Shown here: in pieces, positions 63,927 through 64,000 of the stretch
Layout: every line of letters begins with the position of its first letter
Position numbering within the stretch: position 1 is the first letter of the stretch
From: Callorhinchus milii
Taxonomy: Eukaryota
Direction: 5' to 3'
Assembly: GCF_018977255.1 (NCBI RefSeq)
Contig: NW_024704742.1
Coordinates: 13,828,001-13,892,000 of the forward strand
Length of the DNA: 64,000 nt
Position numbers and translations under genes: made by a program
The notes under the pieces: generated by a model
The model's database searches: none
What the model was told of the DNA's origin: nothing
What the model saw: only the letters and a program-made list of their open reading frames with translations

Positions 63927-64000
63927 GGCCACATATAAAGTTAGGCTAACTTGTTTCAGCTGACATTTATCGTTCAGATGAATCCCAGGGATAACTTTAT

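Overview
Non-coding vertebrate DNA, intronic or intergenic. It is AT-rich and CpG-poor, with no CpG island and no host protein-coding exon I can support. The repeat content points to a cartilaginous fish, most likely a holocephalan such as Callorhinchus; this is inferred from repeat families only. Main contents: (i) a young tRNA(Ala)-headed SINE with a CORE-like segment, a Deu-like domain and an L2-derived tail, in long and short variants; (ii) older SacSINE1/LmeSINE-type DeuSINEs; (iii) 5'-truncated L2 and CR1 LINE fragments; (iv) at least four Penelope-like short elements carrying minimal type-I hammerhead ribozyme motifs, one with a 13-bp TSD and one with a twin-priming inversion and 14-bp TSD; (v) a hAT-type MITE and a palindromic MITE; (vi) a probable DIRS-like RT relic; (vii) mini/microsatellites and a strong CTCF-like motif. 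Almost all ORFs in the track are artefacts of repeats or chance. The hammerhead-bearing elements are the best candidate for an interesting system, but the motif class is already known from Penelope-like elements. Boundaries of old repeats are approximate (read by eye).
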